Source: Peptococcaceae bacterium UBA5757
GTDB lineage: Bacteria; Bacillota; Dehalobacteriia; UBA4068
Assembly (NCBI GenBank): GCA_002418965.1
Contig: DIFD01000018.1
Span: 289,834-353,833 of the forward strand
Reading direction: 5' to 3'
DNA length: 64,000 nt
In this document: positions 9,691-18,626 of the stretch, in pieces
Layout: every line of letters starts with the position of its first letter
Position numbering within the stretch: the first letter of the stretch is position 1
Position numbers and translations under genes: made by a program
The notes under the pieces: generated by a model
Database searches by the model: none
The model's input: the letters and a program-made list of their open reading frames with translations, nothing else
What the model was told of the DNA's origin: nothing

Positions 9691-10302
9691 TTATCGCATA
9701 TCCTTAAGCAACGAATTGGTTGGACCATCCGCGAAATCGGGCTGTTTACAATAAAGGACGGCTGTATCTCCATAGTCCGACTGCTTTACAACCAGCAAAC
9801 CTAACCCGAACAGATCTTTAATATCCTGTCCCTTATCCTTTTGACTGGTCTCAATGATCAATATCCCTTCTCGTTCTAAAATATTTTTTTGCAAAATCAA
9901 GGCAACAGCTTTTTTAATCCAACCTTTACCGTACGGTGGATCCAAAAAAATGAGATCAAATGGCTGTAGATGTTTGGTATTCGGTAAGTGGTTCAAAAGC
10001 GTTAAACAATCGGCGCAATAAACATAAGCACCTTCCAAACCGGTCAAATCAATATTTGCTTTTAAAACTTCGAATGTTTTTTTGTTTCGTTCAATCAATA
10101 TGGCCTCTTTAGCGCCCCTGCTTAATGCTTCCAGCCCCAAAGCACCCGTACCGGCAAAAGCATCCAAAACAATGCTTTGATCTAGATATGCAGCAATAAC
10201 GGAAAAGATCGCCTCTTTGACCCGGTCCGCCGTCGGTCTTGTGGACATTCCTTTTGGTGCATGTAAATGCCTGCCTTTGGCTTGTCCGGCGATCACACGC
10301 AA
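9691..10302 (-). CDS. rsmD: 16S rRNA m2G966 methyltransferase RsmD
   Basis: MRVIAGQAKGR, TRPTADRVKEAIF, LDAFAGTGALGLEALSRGA, DLIFLDPPY; GTG start with AGGAGG. Confidence 0.96.
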   Translation of the reverse strand: MRVIAGQAKGRHLHAPKGMSTRPTADRVKEAIFSVIAAYLDQSIVLDAFAGTGALGLEALSRGAKEAILIERNKKTFEVLKANIDLTGLEGAYVYCADCLTLLNHLPNTKHLQPFDLIFLDPPYGKGWIKKAVALILQKNILEREGILIIETSQKDKGQDIKDLFGLGLLVVKQSDYGDTAVLYCKQPDFADGPTNSLLKDMR

Positions 10303-10778
10303 ACAAATACCTCCTTTAGATACGGCGAATCTTCATATTTATTTATTATATCACATTATTTTTATTTATCCAATAATACGGGCTTTCCAAACCGCTTAAT
10401 TGACTTTAAAAACGATGCTAAAAATAAAATGAAGTAAATTTTAAACTTTACATTATCACAGAATTGTTTTTGAAAATCGGAGTCGCTACTAAAATTGCAA
10501 GGATTTAGATAAAGCATTAATTTACACGAGGTATGAAATACCAAGGAGATTAATAGCTTTATTCCCCAAAATATAGTATAATTGATTGAATATTTTTAAT
10601 TTTCTCTAAAATATCAGTTTTTATTTTTAAATAAATTCGAAAGAGATTCTGTTTTAAACAACTCGTTTATTTTGGTATTTGGTATATTGTAGATAAGGCT
10701 GTTTATGTACATAAATCATCATACTGAAGCAAGAGCAATGACTGTTTTTAGTTATATAATACTTAGGGGGGCTACAGT

Positions 10779-11390
10779 ATGTTAAATGTAAATAAATTAT
10801 TAGCGGCAGCCAATAAGGACCTCTCTTTGATAAATAAAGAGATTGCCCTCCAAAAGAAGCTTATAAAAGTACAAGCAGTATGTAATATCCAGCAGCAACT
10901 ATTAGAAAAAACATTAATATGTATCGGGGATGCGGTCATCTCCACAGACATAAAGAATAATATTGTTTTTTAAAATAAAGTTGCCGAGAAAATTACCGGC
11001 TGGACAAAGAATGAATAAAGTCGGGGAACTGAATAGCAGAGAGATTGTAGAAATTTGAAAGCATCCCGGGAAGGGTTGGTGTATATTAAATGCGACCAAT
11101 GAATTTTCAGAGTTGGCCGAATTTGTTCTTGCACATCATAAGATGTGGGATGGCAGTGGGTACCCTAATGGGCTTAGTAGAGAAAAAAACCGTTAGAAGC
11201 AAGGATCATTAAAATAGCTGATGCCTATGATGCAATGACAAGTGAGAGCTGCTACAAAGTACCTTTTAAAAAAGAGCACGCCGTAGAAGAGTTAAAGAAA
11301 TATTCCGGTACCCATTTTGACCCTAAAGTTATAGTAGTATTTGTGAATAATGTTTTACCATACGAGAGTGATTTCCAGATCGGGTATTAA
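10779..11390 (+). pseudogene. Decayed PAS plus HD-GYP (c-di-GMP phosphodiesterase) gene
   Basis: PAS start TLICIGDAVISTDIKNNIVF*NKVAEKITGWTKNE*, then a frame change into HD-GYP NKVGELNSREIVEI*KHPGKGWCILNATNEFSELAEFVLAHHKMWDGSGYPNGL, a second frameshift in an A-run, then PLEARIIKIADAYDAMTSE...ELKKYSGTHFDPKVI. Confidence 0.88.
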
Positions 11391-11528
11391 AAGCAACTCT
11401 CTATGATATTTTCCAAAACAATATTGTATTAAACCATCGCATTAAACGAAAAAAAGCACACAAATAGTGGGCTTTTATGTTTATGCCGAATACCGATACC
11501 AGAGGATTTTATATTGAAGACTATTGTT

Positions 11529-11558
11529 GTTTAAAAAATCTTTATTTTAGTCATAATA
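11529..11558 (+). promoter_or_regulatory. Putative forespore (SigF/SigG-type) promoter of gpr
   Basis: GTTTA-N15-AGTCATAATA resembles the GYWTA-N15-GgnnAnAHTA consensus. Confidence 0.55.
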
Positions 11559-11592
11559 AGAGACATAACAAAATTAAAGAAGGAAGAACCAG

Positions 11593-12621
11593 ATGGAACA
11601 GAAAAAGAATCTCTTAGCTCCTGAGGAATTGGTCTTTAGAAGAAAATTTAGCATTTTTGCTAAAACCGCTTGTAAAAATTTGGATATGGCGATAGAAGCC
11701 ACCAGCCTGCTTCGGGGAGAAGAAAACCGGGAGATCCCGGGCGTCAAAGAAGAAATCGAGCATTATGACAATATAAAAGCCACCGTCATCACCATTTTTG
11801 ATAAACGTGGCGAAGAGCTCATGGGCAAAAAAATCGGTAAATATATTACCGTGAGTATTCCATCCATGGGTTCTAAACAAGATGAAATTGAAAAAATTAG
11901 CTCGATTGTCGCTCAAAAATTAAAAATGCTTTTTACTTTTACTAAAAATGATACAGTTTTATTGATTGGTCTGGGCAATAACAATGCCATTCCCGATGCG
12001 TTGGGGCCAAAAGTGGTAGATGCTACCATCGCGACCCGGCATATCAAAAAGTACATGCCCGCTGAAATGGATCAAAACACCATCTCTCTTTGCGCCTTGG
12101 CACCGGGCGTTTTGGGCGAAACAGGCATCGAAACGGCGGAAATCATCAAAGGTGTCGTCGATCATGTCAAGCCGTCCTGCATCATCGTTGTGGACTCCTT
12201 AGCAGCCGCCAGTATTCAGAGAGTCGGCTCAACCATTCAAATTACCGATACCGGTATCAATCCGGGGAGCGGTATGGAAGGAAACAAACGTATGCCCATT
12301 AGCTTTGACAGCATGGGCGTTCCCGTGATTGCCTTGGGCGTACCTACCGTTGTCAATACTTCTTTTATCCTTTTTGAAACTGTCAATACGCTGATAGAAC
12401 AATGGCAAAAAGAAGGGTATAAACAGATTCCTCAGGTAAACTCTGAGACAATTGATAAGATCAGTAAAAAAATGTTGGCCACTTTTGCAGGCAATTTGGC
12501 AGTGACCCCAAAAGTAATCGATGCCCTGGTGATGGAAATGGCCACGATCCTGGCGGCAGGCATTGCCCAGGCTGTCCACCCGGGAGTGCATCGCTACAAT
12601 TATCATTATTATATAAAATAA
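11593..12621 (+). CDS. gpr: Germination protease GPR (SASP-specific endopeptidase)
   Basis: LDMAIEA processing-site-like motif, GKKIGKYIT, LIGLGN...PDALGP, APGVLGETGIETAEII, VDSLAA, IQITDTGINPGSG, PVIALGVPTVV; both catalytic-Asp motifs present. Confidence 0.93.
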   Translation: MEQKKNLLAPEELVFRRKFSIFAKTACKNLDMAIEATSLLRGEENREIPGVKEEIEHYDNIKATVITIFDKRGEELMGKKIGKYITVSIPSMGSKQDEIEKISSIVAQKLKMLFTFTKNDTVLLIGLGNNNAIPDALGPKVVDATIATRHIKKYMPAEMDQNTISLCALAPGVLGETGIETAEIIKGVVDHVKPSCIIVVDSLAAASIQRVGSTIQITDTGINPGSGMEGNKRMPISFDSMGVPVIALGVPTVVNTSFILFETVNTLIEQWQKEGYKQIPQVNSETIDKISKKMLATFAGNLAVTPKVIDALVMEMATILAAGIAQAVHPGVHRYNYHYYIK

Positions 12622-12632
12622 TTACCCCAATT

Positions 12633-12663
12633 AAAAAAAGTCCCGAAGTTCGGGACCTTTTTT
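12633..12663. terminator. Bidirectional terminator shared by gpr and the SASP gene
   Basis: AAAAAAAGTCCCGAAGTTCGGGACCTTTTTT. Confidence 0.8.
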
Positions 12664-12691
12664 ATATTCTATTTCCCTATAATCCAACTAT

Positions 12692-12931
12692 TTAGCTGGT
12701 ATAGTTAGAGGTATTTGTTCTAACGGTAGGAGAAGCGTTTGCAATGTTAGCAGTTTGACCGGAAGCCAAAGCTTGTTCAGCAAAAGCAACCATTTTCTTC
12801 GTCATGTTGCCTCCAACATAACCGTTCTGACGGGAAGATAATTGACCTTTATCAATCGTGTTATAATTCGAAAGTCCGAGTTCGGAAGCAACTTCCATTT
12901 TGAATTGGTTCAAGATACTTTTGTTAGCCAT
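12692..12931 (-). CDS. sasP: Alpha/beta-type small acid-soluble spore protein
   Basis: FKMEVASELG (GPR cleavage-type motif), LSSRQNGYVGGNMTKKMV; AAGGAGGTG RBS. Confidence 0.93.
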   Translation of the reverse strand: MANKSILNQFKMEVASELGLSNYNTIDKGQLSSRQNGYVGGNMTKKMVAFAEQALASGQTANIANASPTVRTNTSNYTS

Positions 12932-13220
12932 TTAAATTTCACCTCCTTTTACTGTGCTGGGTCTATTGTCTGCACTTTTTTCGACAGTTATTCTTTTTTA
13001 AATATGTAGATTTTCCCTTTAAAGTATGATTATGTTAAAATTTATCCAATTTAATGATCATTTATATATTGAATCATAAACTTTTTTATTAATAATCCCC
13101 TTTTTTAAATGAATTTATAATATAATTAATAACTAAAAAAAGAGCCGCTAAAATCAAATATAGCCTCTCATTATTATAAAAAGCTAACATAATAAAACAT
13201 AAAAGTTCTATTAAACAAAA

Positions 13221-13246
13221 AAAACCCAGACTTAAGTCTGGGTTTT
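13221..13246 (-). terminator. Terminator after recG
   Basis: AAAACCCAGACTTAAGTCTGGGTTTT palindrome, preceded by an A-run on the plus strand. Confidence 0.75.
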
Positions 13247-15599
13247 AATTGATTCGTTTTAAGTATTTGCTGATTTGCTTATCCATAGCAGCCTTTTCCG
13301 ATTCGGTAATAACAATATCCCCGGAAAGCATTGAAATCGCATCTTCCCTTGTCTCCTCCAAAAGCTTAGCATCCTGGAAAAGGTTGGCGCACTTTAATTC
13401 CGGCAGGCCGTGCTGTCGGGTGCCGAAAAACTCACCAGGACCGCGCAAACGCAGGTCTGCCTCAGCAATAACAAAACCATCGCAGCTCTCTGCCATAATA
13501 TGCATACGCTCTCGCGCCACATCGCTTGCCGCATGATGCATAAGAACGCAATAGGATTGCGCCGTCCCCCGTCCGATCCGACCGCGCAGTTGATGTAATT
13601 GCGCCAAACCGAAGCGTTGGGCATCACGAACCAGCATAATGCTGGCATTGGGAATATTGATTCCCACCTCGATCACAGTGGTGGCGACCAAAATCTGAAT
13701 CTTATTATTGACAAAATCGTCCATAACGGCTTCTTTTTCCGCTGGTTTCATCTTGCCATGCAAAAGCCCCACCCGATACTGCGAAAAAACATCTTTTTGC
13801 AGATGTTCGTACGTCTCAATAGCGCTCTGCAAGTCGAGCTTCTCTGACTCTTCTACCAAAGGACAGACCATAAAGACTTGTCTGCCTTCTTTGATTTCCT
13901 TTTCAACAAAGGCAAAGATCCGATCTTCCATGTCATAACCCACAGCGTATGTCTGTATAGGACGGCGGTTGGGCGGCAACTCATCGACCACGGAGAGACT
14001 CAAATCCCCATATAGGGTTAAAGCTAAAGAACGCGGGATCGGCGTGGCGGTCATGACCAAAATATCCGGGGATTGTGCTTTGCCCTGGAGCTTTTCTCTT
14101 TGCAAAACACCAAAACGGTGCTGCTCATCTGTAATCGCCAAACTTAGATCGGCAAACGTAACCTCATCTTCTAAAATGGCATGGGTACCGATCAAAAAAT
14201 CGATGGTATGAGCGGCAATCCCCCCCAGTATCTGCTGCCTTTGCTTCGCCGTCGTCCGGCCTGTAAGCAAAGCGGTACGGATGCCCAGGGAATTCAATAG
14301 CGGCGTTAGCGTACGTTCGTGCTGCTGCGCAAGAATTTCCGTCGGTGCCATCAAAGCTGCCTGGTAACCGCAAGAAACGGCTTTATTGACAGCCGCGGCC
14401 GCAACGACGGTTTTACCGGAACCAACATCGCCCTGCACCAGCCGCGCCATTACATAGGGCTGTTCCATATCATCAAGAATTTCATTAATTACCCGCAATT
14501 GTGCTTTCGTCAATTCAAAGGGTAGTATTTTTAAAAAACGTTCTAAAGAACCGGACTCTTTTGCATGCGCAATCCCTTCTCTTTTTTGCAGGCTGCCGCT
14601 TTGAACAATGGCGCTTTGTAACAAGAATAATTCCTCATATGCCAAACGTTTCCGCGCGGCTTCCTTTTGCTCAAAAGAGGCAGGAAAATGCATCTGGTAA
14701 ACGGCAGCCGCGCGTCCCATAAGTACCCGGGATTGCAGCAGGGCCTGCGGCAGAACTTCTTCTATCAGATGACCGTAACGATCCCATGCGGTCTCAATTA
14801 CTTGGATAATGGCTTTTTGATGTAGATTTTCCGTGCTACGATAAACCGGAACAATACGGGGCTGCCAGGTACCGACATCATCGATCCATTCAAAATCTGT
14901 CACGGACATTTGCAACTGATTGAACTTTCTTTCCAATTTACCTTGTAAAAGAAGGGTTCTTCCAACAGTTAGCTGCTTTAACAGGTAACTTTGATTAAAC
15001 CAAACAGCCTGAAAAATACCGCTTTCATCCTGAATTAAAGCTTTTATCACAACCAGGCGGCTTTTAGGATGGATAACGCCGACGTCAATAATCTTACCTT
15101 TGAGAACGACCGTTTCTCCGACCGGTGCATCTATAACGGGCATCACGTGCCGTCTGTCCTGATAATCTCTGGGTAAATAAAATAACAGATCGCCTACCGT
15201 ATGGATCCCCAAACGTTGGAAGAGCGCTGCTTTTTTTGGCCCGATATGCTTCATGTATTGAATGGGCGTATCCAAAGAAGAAGACGGACGACCCTTTGCC
15301 TGCATGGCAGAGGGAGTCGCTACAACTGTTAAAGTTGCGGCATTAGCCGACTTTTGTTTTCGCTCCTCTTTACCGCTGTTTTGCGTGATCATTTGCTCCA
15401 TTTGCGCAAGCAATTCTTCTCTTTGAGTCAAAGAGGCACCCTTGTACGCTTGTGCATGAAGGGCTAATTCTGCTTGATTATTTTTTTTTGCCCAAACAAA
15501 AACATAGTCATCAAAACCGCCAAAAACAGAACTGTTCAGGCAGCCGGACTTTTTTTCTTTGACAATCATTTGCAGGATAGAAGTTTGCATTTCATTCAT
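13245..15599 (-). CDS. recG: ATP-dependent DNA helicase RecG with N-terminal extension
   Basis: RLVQGDVGSGKT, LMAPTEILAQQH, DEQHRFGVLQR, MTATPIPRSL, QLHQLRGRIGRG, DLRLRGPGEFFGTRQHG; start reassigned to ATG 15599. Confidence 0.97.
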   Translation of the reverse strand: MNEMQTSILQMIVKEKKSGCLNSSVFGGFDDYVFVWAKKNNQAELALHAQAYKGASLTQREELLAQMEQMITQNSGKEERKQKSANAATLTVVATPSAMQAKGRPSSSLDTPIQYMKHIGPKKAALFQRLGIHTVGDLLFYLPRDYQDRRHVMPVIDAPVGETVVLKGKIIDVGVIHPKSRLVVIKALIQDESGIFQAVWFNQSYLLKQLTVGRTLLLQGKLERKFNQLQMSVTDFEWIDDVGTWQPRIVPVYRSTENLHQKAIIQVIETAWDRYGHLIEEVLPQALLQSRVLMGRAAAVYQMHFPASFEQKEAARKRLAYEELFLLQSAIVQSGSLQKREGIAHAKESGSLERFLKILPFELTKAQLRVINEILDDMEQPYVMARLVQGDVGSGKTVVAAAAVNKAVSCGYQAALMAPTEILAQQHERTLTPLLNSLGIRTALLTGRTTAKQRQQILGGIAAHTIDFLIGTHAILEDEVTFADLSLAITDEQHRFGVLQREKLQGKAQSPDILVMTATPIPRSLALTLYGDLSLSVVDELPPNRRPIQTYAVGYDMEDRIFAFVEKEIKEGRQVFMVCPLVEESEKLDLQSAIETYEHLQKDVFSQYRVGLLHGKMKPAEKEAVMDDFVNNKIQILVATTVIEVGINIPNASIMLVRDAQRFGLAQLHQLRGRIGRGTAQSYCVLMHHAASDVARERMHIMAESCDGFVIAEADLRLRGPGEFFGTRQHGLPELKCANLFQDAKLLEETREDAISMLSGDIVITESEKAAMDKQISKYLKRIN

Positions 15600-15618
15600 A
15601 TAGGCACCTAAATGAAAC

Positions 15619-15641
15619 AAAAGGCGGATCATCCGCCTTTT
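15619..15641 (-). terminator. Hairpin/terminator between the DAK2 gene and recG
   Basis: AAAAGGCGGAT-C-ATCCGCCTTTT, followed on the minus strand by GTTTCATTT. Confidence 0.55.
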
Positions 15642-15662
15642 TAATCTGATCCCAAATTAGGA

Positions 15663-17405
15663 TCACTCTACAGAAACCAAATAGTAATACAACGGTTGCC
15701 CGCCATAACTGCATTCCACATCTAAATCAGAAAACTCGGCCCTCGCAGCCTCTTCCACCTTGTTTCTGTCGGATGTTTCAACTTCTTCCCCGGCGATCAA
15801 GCTGATGATGCAAGGATCTTCAATTTTATCAACCATCCGATGTAAGAGCTTCAGCATAGTCGGCAAAAGCTCTCTACCGGTAACAGCAATTTCTCCATCC
15901 AAAAGGGCTAAGATATCATCTTCTTTAATATCCAATCCATTGACGGAAGAATCCCGTATCGCATAGGTCACCTCTCCTGATACAACCTGGCTGACAGCAT
16001 GTTCCATAGCCTCAACATTCCAGGAAGCCGGTTTATCCTTATCAAAGGGCAGCATCGCAACGAGCCCCTGGGTGACATATTTGGTCTTGATAATATGGAC
16101 GGGTTTTTCTGCTAAGTCTTTAGCCTGTTGGGCAGTCAAGATGATATTACTGTTATTGGGTAAAACGATAACCTCTTTCGCTTTGGTCCGGTTTATCATA
16201 CTGACAAAATCCGCCGCGCTCGGATTCATGGTCTGCCCGCCGTTGATCACAATAGCGCCCATGGTCTTAAAAATATCACGCAAACCATCCCCGGCACAAA
16301 CAGCGATAACTGCCGTTTCTCCCTCTTCCATTTGTTCAATATAAGAGTCGTCGAGAGGTTCGGGTTTTTTACCGTTCCCGTTCCCATTACCGTTCCCGTT
16401 TCCATTCGTATGACCATTATGTTTTCCGTTAGTTTTTTGCAGTTTTTGATTTTGCTCCCGCATATTATCGATTTCAATATCGTGCAAACTTCCGAACTTA
16501 CTTACATATTCCAAAACCAGCCCCGGATGATTGGTATGAAAATGAATCTTAAGCACATCCTCCGTACCTACAACCAAAAGAGAATCTCCTTCAATCCGAG
16601 TAGAAAGATACGTTCGAATGGCATCAAGCGGCAATTTTTCACCTTTGATCAAAACCTGCGTACAATAAGCATAGATAATATCTTCGGGCTTCATCGGATG
16701 CTGGTCAACAAAAACAGATTCATTGGCAGCAATGGTTTCGATACCGAGGGATTCACTGGCTGCCTTCTTTTCCAACTGCTCCATGTTTTCTCCCAAAAGA
16801 GCACGGTAACCGCCTTCAATGATAAATAAAAGTCCTTTGCCTCCGGCATCGACTACACCGGCTTGCTTTAAAACAGGTAAAAGTTCGGGGGTTTTAGCCA
16901 ATGAGACCTGGCCCGCATTTAAAGCAGCTTCCAGAATCAGACAAATGTCATTACACCCTTGAGCCTTATCGTTAGCTGCAGCCACAAGATCGCGAAAGAC
17001 GGTCAAGATGGTGCCTTCTACAGGTTTCATCACCGATTTGTATGATAAATCAACACCTTTTTGCAACGCCATAATAAATTCGCGTGCATCCAGTGATTCT
17101 TTGCCTTTTACACTTAAAGAGAATCCTCTAAAAATTTGGGACAGGATAACGCCTGAATTTCCACGCGCACCCATCAATGCGCCCATAGAAAAATTTTGCG
17201 CCACATCATCTACGGTACTGCAAGGTTTATTTATAATATGTTTACGGGCGGAATCAACCGTTAAAAACATGTTGATCCCCGTATCTCCGTCCGGTACCGG
17301 AAAAACATTTAAAGCATTAACTTCTTCTTTATGTGCAGCAAGCAATGCGCATCCGCCTTGAAAAAAGGCAGATAGATTCGCCCCACTCATGATAGTGAGT
17401 TTCAC
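15663..17405 (-). CDS. fakA: DAK2 domain protein (fatty acid kinase catalytic subunit FakA/YloV)
   Basis: NALNVFPVPDGDTGINM, GARGNSGVILSQ, PVEGTILTV, GVVDAGG, GGQTMNPS, LPNNSNI, GGQPLYYY. Confidence 0.92.
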   Translation of the reverse strand: MKLTIMSGANLSAFFQGGCALLAAHKEEVNALNVFPVPDGDTGINMFLTVDSARKHIINKPCSTVDDVAQNFSMGALMGARGNSGVILSQIFRGFSLSVKGKESLDAREFIMALQKGVDLSYKSVMKPVEGTILTVFRDLVAAANDKAQGCNDICLILEAALNAGQVSLAKTPELLPVLKQAGVVDAGGKGLLFIIEGGYRALLGENMEQLEKKAASESLGIETIAANESVFVDQHPMKPEDIIYAYCTQVLIKGEKLPLDAIRTYLSTRIEGDSLLVVGTEDVLKIHFHTNHPGLVLEYVSKFGSLHDIEIDNMREQNQKLQKTNGKHNGHTNGNGNGNGNGNGKKPEPLDDSYIEQMEEGETAVIAVCAGDGLRDIFKTMGAIVINGGQTMNPSAADFVSMINRTKAKEVIVLPNNSNIILTAQQAKDLAEKPVHIIKTKYVTQGLVAMLPFDKDKPASWNVEAMEHAVSQVVSGEVTYAIRDSSVNGLDIKEDDILALLDGEIAVTGRELLPTMLKLLHRMVDKIEDPCIISLIAGEEVETSDRNKVEEAARAEFSDLDVECSYGGQPLYYYLVSVE

Positions 17406-17419
17406 TTAATCATTCCTCC

Positions 17420-17779
17420 TTAGCCAACCAACCTTACTCCTTGAACATTTACGGTCACATGGTTGACTTTCAGTCCGGTATGTCTTTCAACAATATATTT
17501 AACATTGTCCATCACATTCTGGGCAATGACAGAAATATTGATTCCATAACCGATGACAACGTTCACGGTAATTTTTAGCACATCTGATTTGAGATCAATA
17601 TCGACCCCTTTTGCCAGTGACTCTTTCCCTAAAAGCTCCGCAATCCCATCGCTGAAGATATGGGAAGAAACTACACCGACAATACCAAAGCATTCCGTCG
17701 TGGCAATCCCTGCCAAGGTTGAAATCACTTCAGGGCTGATAATGATAGAACCCCAAGTGCCCGCCAATTCTTTTCCCAA
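17420..17779 (-). CDS. Asp23/Gls24 family protein (YloU)
   Basis: VISTLAGIATTECFGIVG, GYGINISVIAQNVMDNVKY, V..VNVQGVR; upstream of the DAK2 gene as in Bacillus yloU-yloV. Confidence 0.92.
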   Translation of the reverse strand: MGKELAGTWGSIIISPEVISTLAGIATTECFGIVGVVSSHIFSDGIAELLGKESLAKGVDIDLKSDVLKITVNVVIGYGINISVIAQNVMDNVKYIVERHTGLKVNHVTVNVQGVRLVG

Positions 17780-18000
17780 TTTTCAGACCTCCTCTCGGAT
17801 TTACGCCTTTAGTATACCGTAATTTTCACTAAAATTAAACAATTTTTTGTCGAAAAGAAAATCCCACCGGAATCTATTTTATTTCTATTAGGAGAACCAT
17901 AAAATAGATTTCGGTCTTTAACATAAAAAAGCGCCTTGTAAAAGCGCTTTTTAGCCTCACCCTTGTTCTTGCATCTATCTATTCCCATATTTGACACTTT

Positions 18001-18189
18001 TTAGATTGCCCTTTGAACTTTCCCGGAACGTAAGCAACGGGTGCAAACGGATATTTTATGAGGAGAACCGTTAACGATTGCATTGACCGTTTGCAAATTG
18101 GGCTTCCATTTTCTTTTATTACGGATATGAGAGTGACTGACGCTCATTCCTGTTCTGGTTGTTTTGCCACAGACTTGACATTGTGCCAT
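18001..18189 (-). CDS. rpmB: 50S ribosomal protein L28
   Basis: MAQCQVCGK...VSHSHIRNKRKWKPNLQ...VCTRCLRSGKV; GGAGG RBS. Confidence 0.97.
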   Translation of the reverse strand: MAQCQVCGKTTRTGMSVSHSHIRNKRKWKPNLQTVNAIVNGSPHKISVCTRCLRSGKVQRAI

Positions 18190-18256
18190 GCGACACACCT
18201 CCTTTTATCCGGCATTATAGAAACAGCCAATGGCTGCGTTCATCATAGACTGTATT

Positions 18257-18285
18257 ATTTTATCAAAAGCTTTGGAATTTAGCAA
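18257..18285 (-). promoter_or_regulatory. SigA-type promoter of rpmB
   Basis: TTGCTA-N17-TAAAAT with TG extension. Confidence 0.6.
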
Positions 18286-18397
18286 GACTTTTTAAATAAA
18301 ATCTTAAATTTTTAAAAATTCATCGCAAAGCCCTATGTTTTCCGCACCAATAGGTCGCTTTGTTAATAAACTTTAATACGGGGTCAAAAAACCGGGG

Positions 18398-18619
18398 GTG
18401 AAGCACTTGCGCAGTCAAAGAGAAATCCTGAATCAAGTTGATTTGTATAAGGAAAAATTGCTGATCGCCATTGAGGAGAAAGCATTATATGATGATCAAC
18501 CGGACCTTGATCTGATGATTCTTTCTTTAATAGATAAATTGGAAACCCTGTTTTGGGTATTGGAAATGGATTTACCGGGCCATGACCTTTGGGAAAAATT
18601 ACAAAAAGTGAGCCATTGA
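18398..18619 (+). CDS. Small hypothetical protein (73 aa, predicted helical)
   Basis: GTG start after a G-rich RBS-like stretch; fills the gap between rpmB and yebC without overlap; protein-like composition; no recognised motif. Confidence 0.55.
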   Translation: MKHLRSQREILNQVDLYKEKLLIAIEEKALYDDQPDLDLMILSLIDKLETLFWVLEMDLPGHDLWEKLQKVSH

Positions 18620-18626
18620 TGATTTG

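Noticed and set aside
9691-9750. RsmD C-terminal tail PDFADGPTNSLLKD faintly resembles the CoaD start (PGSFDPITNGHLD)
   Set aside because: The match is too short and weak, lacks the HxGH motif, and could be chance.
10303-10778. AT-rich gap upstream of the HD-GYP pseudogene, checked for a c-di-GMP riboswitch or IS ends
   Set aside because: No GEMM-like GGCAAA/GCAAAG motif, terminal inverted repeats or target duplication could be seen.
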